From Gammaproteobacteria bacterium (GTDB lineage Bacteria > Pseudomonadota > Gammaproteobacteria > Steroidobacterales > Steroidobacteraceae): a stretch of 64,000 nucleotides of DNA. A program made the translations under genes and the position numbers. The stretch is from contig SCUD01000069.1 in assembly GCA_004297335.1 (NCBI GenBank), positions 39,611 through 103,610 on the forward strand, written 5' to 3'. Below, piece after piece: positions 18,634-25,797 of this stretch (the first letter of the stretch is position 1; every line of letters starts with the position of its first letter). A model generated the notes under the pieces. The model had not been told where the DNA came from. It saw only the letters and a program-made list of their open reading frames with translations, and made no database searches.

Positions 18634-19887
18634 TCAGCGCCAGCTGCGCGACATGATGCGGCGCGCGACCGTCTGCGGGTCGGCCAGGAAGGCTGCGCGC
18701 AGCGGTCCCAGGTCGATGCGCCGCAGGATGAGTTCCCACATGATGCCCGGATCGAAGGGCGCGTTGATGCCGAAGATGCCGGTCAACTGGTCCTGTTGCA
18801 TCACGATCTTCAGGTAGCGCGCGCGATCGGCTTCGCGCAGCACCGTCTCGCCGATATCCTGGCGACCGACCGACACCGCCTGCTGGCCGAAGAACGTGTA
18901 GGTGTTGAGCGGTACTCCGCCGGGGTAGGGTCGCAGCGCAGGGTCGCCAGCCATTGCCTGCCCGGCGATGCGGCCCTGTTCGACGGCGTCAGGCAGGATG
19001 CCGTTGATGATCCGCGCCCCGGCATCCGTGCCGTAGAAATCCCGGGCCTGCGCGACGTCGCCGGCCGCCCAGACATTGCCGACACTGGTCTGCATGCGCT
19101 CGTCGACGAGGATCCCGCGATCCGTCGCGATGCCGGAATCGGCGATGCATTCCATCGCGGGCGCGACGCCGGTCGCGACCAGCAGCAGCCCGGCCGTGAG
19201 TTCCGAGCCATCGTCGAGCTGCAGCCGGATGCCGGCGCCATCGGCAGCGACTCCGGCCGCGCGGCGGCCCAGCAGCAGGCGCACGCCGCGGTCCGAGAAC
19301 GCGGACTCGATGATCGCGGCAGCATCCGCATCGAAGTAGCCGGCCAGCACCCGGGGCTGCAATTCCACGAGCGTGACCTGTACGCCCGCCTTCGCGAGGT
19401 TCTCGGCGGCATGCATGCCGATCAGCCCGGCGCCGAGCACCACGGCCTGTTTGACGGATGGCAGCGCGGCGTGCAGGCCGATCGCGTCATCGAGCCGCCG
19501 CAACACGTGGAACTTCACCCCCCGCAGGCCGGGAATCGGCGGCAGCTGTGGCGCCGCGCCGGTCGCCAGCAGCAGCCGCTCGTAGCCGATCAGGGAACCG
19601 TCGTCCAGCCGGAGCTGATTCGCCGTCGCCTCCACGGCGGTGACGGTGCGACCACGGAGCAGTTGGGCCTTCTGCTCCGCAAACCAGGCCTCGTCCTTCA
19701 GCGCTACACGCTCCGGCGCTGAGCGCCCGGACACGACATAGGGAAGTACCGTCGGCGAGTACGGGAGTGCATCGTCGCGCGTGATCATTGCGAGGCTGCC
19801 CTCGGCATCCTGCATGCGAATGGCCCGCAGCGCCTCGAGCCCGGCGTGGCTTGCCCCGACGATCACATAGCGGTTCGGCACCGGCAT
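18634..19887 (-). CDS. FAD-dependent pyridine-nucleotide-disulfide oxidoreductase family protein (ferredoxin/NAD(P) reductase-like)
   Basis: Two dinucleotide-binding motifs (VIVGASHAG and VVLGAGLIGMHAAE) and the distal FAD motif (WAAGDVA). It is inserted between the OFOR alpha and beta genes. Confidence 0.8.
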   Translation of the reverse strand: MPVPNRYVIVGASHAGLEALRAIRMQDAEGSLAMITRDDALPYSPTVLPYVVSGRSAPERVALKDEAWFAEQKAQLLRGRTVTAVEATANQLRLDDGSLIGYERLLLATGAAPQLPPIPGLRGVKFHVLRRLDDAIGLHAALPSVKQAVVLGAGLIGMHAAENLAKAGVQVTLVELQPRVLAGYFDADAAAIIESAFSDRGVRLLLGRRAAGVAADGAGIRLQLDDGSELTAGLLLVATGVAPAMECIADSGIATDRGILVDERMQTSVGNVWAAGDVAQARDFYGTDAGARIINGILPDAVEQGRIAGQAMAGDPALRPYPGGVPLNTYTFFGQQAVSVGRQDIGETVLREADRARYLKIVMQQDQLTGIFGINAPFDPGIMWELILRRIDLGPLRAAFLADPQTVARRIMSRSWR

Positions 19888-19888
19888 T

Positions 19889-21115
19889 TCAGCGGTCCTG
19901 CTCGTTGAGCCAGATCACGGCACCCAGGCCAGAATCGTCGGGCAGCGCACCAACGAGTTCAATCACACGGCCGAAGTGATCCGTCGTGAGATCGGCTCCG
20001 GCGAGCCCGCCGATGAAGCTCTGCGTCGCCGGCCGGCGGCGCGCGCTGTGCAGCGCCGCGATCACGTCCTGGTACAGGGGCCCGCAGTTCCAGCCAAAGC
20101 TCACCGACCGGTCGACGACGCCGATCCGGCTCGCATCGCCGAGAGCCTCGATCAGCGCCGCGACCGGGAACGGGCGGTAGGTCTTGACCCGCACCAGCCC
20201 CACCCGCTCACCACGCGCGCGGGCCTGGTCCACCGCATCCTTCGCGGCACCACTCATCGAGCCGATCGTGACCAGCGCACTCTCGGCGTCCTCCATCCGG
20301 TACGCCTCGACCAGCGCCGCATGCCGGCGTCCGATGAGCCGGGCCCAGTCCTCATGCACTTCAGCGATGATGCCGAGGGCATGCTGCATGGCTGCGCAGT
20401 GGCCCTTGCGATAGCGCACGAACATCGCCGGGCCGGGTCCGCCAGCGCCGCCGGTCAGCGGATCGACGCCCATTGGCCGCTCGGGATCGAGCGCGGCGTG
20501 CCAGTGCACCGCCGGCGGCGGCAGGAAGGCGTCGACGTCCGCCGGCTCGGGCAACTCGACCCGCGTCGCACCATAGGACAGGTAGTTGCCGTCATGACAG
20601 ACGTTGACCGGCAACATCACGCCGCGGTGCTCGGCGATCCGGTAGGCCATGATCGTCGTGTCGAGCACTTCCTGCACGGACTCGCAGTACAGCTGGATCC
20701 AGCCGGTCTCGCGCACGCTCATCGCGTCCTGGTGCCCGCCCCAGACGCTCTGCGGCGTCAGCGTGTCGCGCGTGACAATCGACATCACGATCGGGAGTCG
20801 CAGGCCCGGCGTGCGCAGGTACGGCTCGAACATGAAGGCCAGCCCGGGCCCGCAGGTGCCGGTGTAGGTACGCGCGCCCGCCAGCGCGCCGCCGTGCAGC
20901 ACCGACAGCACCGAATGCTCGCCCTCGACATCGACGATCTCGGCATTCAGCCGCCCGTCGGCCACGAACTTCGCCAGATACTCGACCAGCGAGGACTGCG
21001 GCGTGATCGGGTAGACGGCGACCATGTCCACGTGCGCCAGCGTCACCGCCCAGGCAGCAGCCTCGTTGCCATCGCAGACGATGGCCCGGGGACGCGGCTT
21101 CACCACGGCATTCAC
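19889..21115 (-). CDS. 2-oxoacid:ferredoxin oxidoreductase alpha subunit
   Basis: GNEAAAWAVTLAHVDMVAVYPITPQS is the canonical alpha-subunit N-terminus. The GTG at 21115 overlaps the delta stop (GTGA). The ATG at 21454 would overlap the whole delta gene. Confidence 0.8.
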   Translation of the reverse strand: MNAVVKPRPRAIVCDGNEAAAWAVTLAHVDMVAVYPITPQSSLVEYLAKFVADGRLNAEIVDVEGEHSVLSVLHGGALAGARTYTGTCGPGLAFMFEPYLRTPGLRLPIVMSIVTRDTLTPQSVWGGHQDAMSVRETGWIQLYCESVQEVLDTTIMAYRIAEHRGVMLPVNVCHDGNYLSYGATRVELPEPADVDAFLPPPAVHWHAALDPERPMGVDPLTGGAGGPGPAMFVRYRKGHCAAMQHALGIIAEVHEDWARLIGRRHAALVEAYRMEDAESALVTIGSMSGAAKDAVDQARARGERVGLVRVKTYRPFPVAALIEALGDASRIGVVDRSVSFGWNCGPLYQDVIAALHSARRRPATQSFIGGLAGADLTTDHFGRVIELVGALPDDSGLGAVIWLNEQDR

Positions 21116-21405
21116 GCGCCCTCCTCGATCATCCGGATCGCATGCTGCGGGCATTCGCGGGCGCAGATGCCACAGCCCTTGCAGGTGGCGAGGTTGAAAT
21201 CGAACCAGGCGGGCTTCTCGACCACGCACTGCACCGGGCAGTACAGCCAGCAGACCGCGCACTTGACGCAGCGCTCGCGGTCGATCACCGGCCTCATGCT
21301 CCGCCAGTCCCCTGGCAGCATGGGCGTCAGGCGCGTCGCGATCGGACAGAGATCGTCCGGGATCGTGGAGGCGTCGAACAGCGGCCGGGACTGACGCGTG
21401 GTCAT
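21112..21405 (-). CDS. 2-oxoacid:ferredoxin oxidoreductase delta subunit (2x[4Fe-4S] ferredoxin)
   Basis: 97 aa with CVKCAVCWLYCP and CKGCGICARECP. The ATG at 21405 overlaps the gamma stop (ATGA). Confidence 0.75.
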   Translation of the reverse strand: MTTRQSRPLFDASTIPDDLCPIATRLTPMLPGDWRSMRPVIDRERCVKCAVCWLYCPVQCVVEKPAWFDFNLATCKGCGICARECPQHAIRMIEEGA

Positions 21406-21974
21406 GCCGCGGCGCGCCGGTCGATATGGTGAACGATCGTGGCCGCATGACCACGCTCCAGGGCCCGCAGGTTCTGCTCGAGCCCCGCGTCGCGGAACTC
21501 GGAATCCCGCAGCGCCTCGCGCAGCGAATCCAGCGACACGAGCCCGGTGGTCCTGGCGAAGGCGCCCAGCATCAACGTGTTCGTGATCGACCGGCCGAAG
21601 ATCTCGCGGGCAATCGTCACCGCATCGCACAGCCCGACGGTCGCCACCTGCCCCGGAAACTGCAGCTCCGCGAGCGGCCTGGCGGTCGCCTGGACCCAGG
21701 TGCTGTTGTCGCGGATGCCGTCGAAGATATTGACGGCCCGGCCGACCGTCGGATCGATGCACAACACGCAGTCCGGACGATAGATGTTGGTCATCTGCCG
21801 GATCTCCCGCGAATCCATGCGCAGGAAACTGGTCACCGGGGCGCCGCGGCGCTCGAAGCCGAAGGATGGCACTGCGACGACGTAGTGGCCCTCGTGCACC
21901 ATCGCCGTGGCCAGAATGCTGCCCGCCAGCACGGCACCCTGCCCGCCTCGTCCGTGAATCCGGACCTCATACAT
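21402..21974 (-). CDS. 2-oxoacid:ferredoxin oxidoreductase gamma subunit
   Basis: The N-terminus MYEVRIHGRGGQGAVLAGSILA is the canonical gamma-subunit motif. 190 aa. Confidence 0.8.
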   Translation of the reverse strand: MYEVRIHGRGGQGAVLAGSILATAMVHEGHYVVAVPSFGFERRGAPVTSFLRMDSREIRQMTNIYRPDCVLCIDPTVGRAVNIFDGIRDNSTWVQATARPLAELQFPGQVATVGLCDAVTIAREIFGRSITNTLMLGAFARTTGLVSLDSLREALRDSEFRDAGLEQNLRALERGHAATIVHHIDRRAAA

Positions 21975-21986
21975 GCCGCTACCCTT

Positions 21987-22424
21987 TCATTCCGGGTTGC
22001 CCTCCTGGCACACCCGCAGGTAGGCCTCCATGCGCTCGCGCAGGTCTGGCGCAAATGGCTGCGGCCGGCCCTGCTGCATGTCGATGCTGACGATCACGAG
22101 GGTCGCCCGCAGCCGCAGCTCCCCGTCCACGCGGCCGTCGAAGCGCAGCCGGTACGAGGTGCGGCCAACCGCTTCCAGGACCAGCTCGAAACCGATGACG
22201 TCACCGAGGCGGCACGGGCGCAGGAAGTCGCACTCGATGTGGGCGGTCGGGAACCCGGTGCGAGTGGTCAGGATGCGCTGGGCGTACGGGATTCCGAGGC
22301 AGTTGCTGAACCAGTCCTCGACCGCTGCCTGGAACATCTCGAAGAAGCGCGGGAAGAACACGTACCCGGCCGGATCCGTGTGCGTGAACCGCACCAGCTC
22401 CTGATGTACGTAGCGGCCTTGCAT
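21987..22424 (-). CDS. hotdog-fold acyl-CoA thioesterase (4HBT/YbgC-like)
   Basis: 145 aa. VRFTHTDPAGYVFFPRFFEMFQAA matches the 4HBT-type catalytic N-terminal region. Confidence 0.7.
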   Translation of the reverse strand: MQGRYVHQELVRFTHTDPAGYVFFPRFFEMFQAAVEDWFSNCLGIPYAQRILTTRTGFPTAHIECDFLRPCRLGDVIGFELVLEAVGRTSYRLRFDGRVDGELRLRATLVIVSIDMQQGRPQPFAPDLRERMEAYLRVCQEGNPE

Positions 22425-22444
22425 GGCAGCCCGGCGCCCCCGGC

Positions 22445-22732
22445 TCAGGCCCGGAAGTGCGACGGTACGTCGCCCGAGAAGTCCTCGTCCGGGCTCAGCT
22501 GCCGCGCGCGCGCGAGCAGTTCAGCCTCACCCTCGACCCGGTCGGGATCCTGGATGCAGCACTCCTGCGGGCACACAGCGGCGCATTGCGGCTCGTCGAA
22601 GAAGCCGACGCACTCCGTGCACTTGGCCGGGTCAATGCGATGGATGGTCGGACCGGCGGTGATCGCCTCGTTGGGGCACTCCGCAGTACAGGCGTCACAC
22701 TGGTCGCAGCTGCTGGTGATGATGTATGCCAT
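22445..22732 (-). CDS. fdx: 2[4Fe-4S] ferredoxin, Alvin-type (Cx2Cx8Cx3CP second cluster, C-terminal extension)
   Basis: CDQCDACTAECP plus CTECVGFFDEPQCAAVCP, with a ~35 aa C-terminal tail. The ferredoxin that donates electrons to Thauera benzoyl-CoA reductase has the same architecture. Confidence 0.85.
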   Translation of the reverse strand: MAYIITSSCDQCDACTAECPNEAITAGPTIHRIDPAKCTECVGFFDEPQCAAVCPQECCIQDPDRVEGEAELLARARQLSPDEDFSGDVPSHFRA

Positions 22733-23612
22733 TTTCCTCGTCCTCCTTCAGGCCATGAATTGCCGCGCCGATCGCGCCGCAGTACTGCGCGTTCGGAGCC
22801 AGAATCGTCTTAATGTCCCCGAACCGCTCGGCGAACAGCGGCACGAGGATCGGGTGGTAGTTCATCACGCCCCCGGAGAATACCAGCGTATCGGTCGAAA
22901 TCGCGGTCATCTCCAGCACGCGCTTGACCACCGAACGGTACAGGGCGTAGATCAGGTTCTCGACCCGCTCCCCATGCATCAGGAGCTTGATGACCTCCTG
23001 CCCGGAAAATACCGTGCAATAACTGTTGAGCGTCAGCTCCCGGTCATGCCCGGCGGCCAGCCCCGGCAGCGACTGCATCGGCACCTCGAGCCGATGGGCC
23101 AGCTCCTCGATGTAGGCGCCGGTGCCAGCGGCACACTTGCGGTTGATCGCGAACTGGTCGACACGCCCCGGCGTTGCGCGGATCACCTTGGCATCCTGGC
23201 CGCCGATGTCAATGATCGTGTAGTCGCGATCGAGCTGCAACTGGTGCTGCACGCCCAGGAAGTGCGCCTTGATCTCGGTCAACTGGCCGTGGATGCCCTC
23301 GATGTGGCTGCGCCCGTAGCCAGTCGCATGAATCTGCTGCCCGGGCAGGAGCCTCGGCACGCCTCCGACCGGCGCGCCCGGCACGCGCTCATCGTCGACC
23401 AGCGGCGACAGCTCCCCGGTGCCGCCAGCCAGCGCGCGGTGCACATGCCCGGCGAGCGGGAACAGCGTGCGCTGCTTGCGCAGCAGCAGCACCCGGCCGC
23501 CGCGGTCCACGGCCGCCACCTTGATTTCCGAGCTGCCACAATCGACGCCCCAGAAGGTGGTGACGGCCGGCCCGGCCGCGGCAACCGGCGGATCGAGGGC
23601 GGCGGCGATCAC
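22695..23612 (-). CDS. BcrAD/BadFG/HgdC family ATPase (radical-enzyme activator)
   Basis: ASKHA motifs are present (GVDCGSSEIKVA, DIGGQDAKVI, NRKCAAGTGAYIEE, with the cluster-bridging Cys context). The GTG at 23612 overlaps the upstream stop (GTGA). The 3' end overlaps the ferredoxin start by 38 nt. Confidence 0.8.
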   Translation of the reverse strand: MIAAALDPPVAAAGPAVTTFWGVDCGSSEIKVAAVDRGGRVLLLRKQRTLFPLAGHVHRALAGGTGELSPLVDDERVPGAPVGGVPRLLPGQQIHATGYGRSHIEGIHGQLTEIKAHFLGVQHQLQLDRDYTIIDIGGQDAKVIRATPGRVDQFAINRKCAAGTGAYIEELAHRLEVPMQSLPGLAAGHDRELTLNSYCTVFSGQEVIKLLMHGERVENLIYALYRSVVKRVLEMTAISTDTLVFSGGVMNYHPILVPLFAERFGDIKTILAPNAQYCGAIGAAIHGLKEDEENGIHHHQQLRPV

Positions 23613-24793
23613 AGCGTCTCCACGAAGGCTTCGATCACGGTCGTGGACTGCTCGTCGGAGAAGCAACGCAGGTCGTTGAGGTCGCCGTCAATAACGACGC
23701 CCGGCAGCCCCTGCGCGCGCAGGCGTTCCGGCATCCCGTAGTGGCTGTTGGTATTGTTGGGGCAGGTTCGTGCCGCGTGGTAGACGATGCCGTCGATGCC
23801 GAACTGCCCGGCGAGGCGCAGCAGGTATGCCTCCTTGCACGCGTCGTCGCGGTTGATGAAGATCCGAGTATAGGCACGCGCCATGCTCGGGAGCGGCTGC
23901 CGGGGATCGAAGTCGGAAAAGATCCAGCTGTTGCAGTAGGTCGAGGCCACGACGGCCGCGCGATTGCGCTGGAACACCTCCGACAGGTGCCGCAGGCGCC
24001 CCCAGACCGGCATGCCCTCCCAGTAGATCCGCTTGCGCTCGCCAGGCACGGCAGCGGTCGCGGCGGCCACCCGGTCCTGCATCTCCGCCAGCAGCGCCCG
24101 GTAGTAATCGACCGCGATCTCCGTGCCGCGCAGCACGACGATCGGCCCCATGTAGATCGCCCCATCGAAGAAGCTGAGCGGGCTCGGCCGGGCAGTCCCG
24201 GTATTCAGCACCTCTTCCCACAGGTCAGTCGCCTCGCGCGAGCGCGCCACGGCCCGCTCGAGCTCCGCCGGATCGAGTTTCCGCCCGCTGATCGCCTCGA
24301 GCTGGACAATCAGGTGACGATACTGGGCGACGACATCGGCGACGTGCTCGGGGCGGACCTCGGCTACGTGCGTCGGCGGATGAATGCCCAGCAGCGGCAC
24401 CGACCAGCGACGGGCATACCAGCCGAACCAGTGCATCACATCCTTGCACTGGTTCGTGCAGTAGACCAGCACATCCGGCCGTGGCGCCTCCTCGAGGCCG
24501 TAGGCCTTGGTCAGCGGCGTCACGCCCTTGAGACAGGCACCGACATCGGAGGTCAGGTAGCTGCAGATCTCGGGCGAATAGCCATGGGCGTTGGCGACCG
24601 GAATCGTCTCGCTGCTCATTCGCGTCGCGCCGAGCAGCGCGCCGTGGTTCTCGGGGAAATAGACCGCGAAGCCCAGTGCGCGCAGGATCTCGGCCGGGCC
24701 GACCGAGGTGCACCAGGCGACCTTGCGGGCAGGATCGCGCGACGCCGCGCCGAGGTCGGCGAAGTAGTCGCGCATCACCTGCTTCAGGTCCAC
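23609..24793 (-). CDS. solitary 2-hydroxyacyl-CoA dehydratase / BcrB-BcrC family protein
   Basis: 394 aa. Family hallmarks: VAWCTSVGPAEILRALGFAVYFPENH, SPEICSYLTSDVGAC, VLVYCTNQCKDVMHW. No second dehydratase-type subunit lies next to it. Confidence 0.75.
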   Translation of the reverse strand: MDLKQVMRDYFADLGAASRDPARKVAWCTSVGPAEILRALGFAVYFPENHGALLGATRMSSETIPVANAHGYSPEICSYLTSDVGACLKGVTPLTKAYGLEEAPRPDVLVYCTNQCKDVMHWFGWYARRWSVPLLGIHPPTHVAEVRPEHVADVVAQYRHLIVQLEAISGRKLDPAELERAVARSREATDLWEEVLNTGTARPSPLSFFDGAIYMGPIVVLRGTEIAVDYYRALLAEMQDRVAAATAAVPGERKRIYWEGMPVWGRLRHLSEVFQRNRAAVVASTYCNSWIFSDFDPRQPLPSMARAYTRIFINRDDACKEAYLLRLAGQFGIDGIVYHAARTCPNNTNSHYGMPERLRAQGLPGVVIDGDLNDLRCFSDEQSTTVIEAFVETL

Positions 24794-24795
24794 TG

Positions 24796-25797
24796 CTACA
24801 CCCCGAGGCGCCGCAGCGACCGGTGGATGAACACGCCGATCATCTTCTTGCGATAGTCTCGCGGGAAGAAGTCCTGCTGGTAGGTGGTCGCGAATTTCCC
24901 GGCCCTGGCGCAGGCCTTGGCGACTACCTTTGACAGGCTCGCCCCGTCGGCGATCGCGTGCCGCCAGCAGCCGGGGTGGGTGCCGAGCCCGGTCAGTGCG
25001 ACCGACAACTCGAGCGGCTGGCCCGCAGCATCGCGGCGCACGCCGACCGCCACGCCGAGCGACGGGAAATCCAGCGCATTGCGCACCGCGAGCTTGTCGT
25101 AGTCGACCTGGAGGCCGGTCGCCGGCGGTATCTCGATCCAGCCGATGACCTCGCCCGGCCGCAGCACGTTACGCTCCATGCCGTCGTTCCGGTAGAAGCG
25201 GCGCAGCGGCACCCGTCGCTCGCCGCGGCCGCGCAACAGCACGAGCCTCGCCTCCAGCAACAACAGCACCGGTGCCGTGTCGGACACGAAGCGCGCCTGG
25301 CACTGCGGCAGCTGTCCACGCACCGCACTCTTGACGATATGGCACACGTCCCCGTCGACCTTGAAGCAGGGCGCGTGGACCGTCCGGTTCAAGGGACTCT
25401 GGTTGACGTAGATGCAGCGGTTATTGACCAGCAGGTTGCCACCGAGCGTCGCGCGGTTGCGGATCTGCGGGCTGGCGACCCGCCCGGCGGCGGCTGCGAG
25501 CGCCGGCTGATGCTGGCGCACCAGCGTACTGTCCACCAGGTCCGCGAGCCGCGTCAGGGCGCCGATCCGCAGCGTACCGTCGTCCTGGACCGCAATGCCA
25601 GCGAGCTCGCCCACGCCATTGAGCGATACCAGCACCTCCGGTGCCACCAGCCGCTGCTTCAGCTGCGGCATCAGGTCGGTGCCGCCCGCGGCGACGGCAA
25701 AGCGCCGTTGTTCGCGGCCCAGGCGCGTGAGCAGTGCCCGCAGCGCCGGCAGCCCGGCCGGCCGTTCGAACTCGAATCCGCTGAGTTGCGTGTTCAT
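24796..25797 (-). CDS. hcrB: molybdenum-hydroxylase FAD-binding subunit, 4-hydroxybenzoyl-CoA reductase beta-like (with 4-Cys insertion)
   Basis: CoxM/XDH FAD-binding domain (AAGGTDLMPQLK, RNRATLGGNL). A ~45 aa insertion carries four Cys (NNRCIY, HAPCFK, GDVCHIV, LPQCQA). Confidence 0.75.
   Translation of the reverse strand: MNTQLSGFEFERPAGLPALRALLTRLGREQRRFAVAAGGTDLMPQLKQRLVAPEVLVSLNGVGELAGIAVQDDGTLRIGALTRLADLVDSTLVRQHQPALAAAAGRVASPQIRNRATLGGNLLVNNRCIYVNQSPLNRTVHAPCFKVDGDVCHIVKSAVRGQLPQCQARFVSDTAPVLLLLEARLVLLRGRGERRVPLRRFYRNDGMERNVLRPGEVIGWIEIPPATGLQVDYDKLAVRNALDFPSLGVAVGVRRDAAGQPLELSVALTGLGTHPGCWRHAIADGASLSKVVAKACARAGKFATTYQQDFFPRDYRKKMIGVFIHRSLRRLGV

Noticed and set aside
21426-23741. 771-aa plus-strand ORF
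   Set aside because: It is antisense to the OFOR gamma, thioesterase, ferredoxin and activator genes, with no family signature.
17244-24793. Complete anaerobic phenylacetate (Pad) pathway
   Set aside because: Only the PadEFGHI-like oxidoreductase architecture and a thioesterase are present. No DMSO-reductase-type phenylacetyl-CoA:acceptor oxidoreductase (PadBCD) or phenylacetate-CoA ligase is recognisable, so the Pad assignment stays a hypothesis for the OFOR alone.
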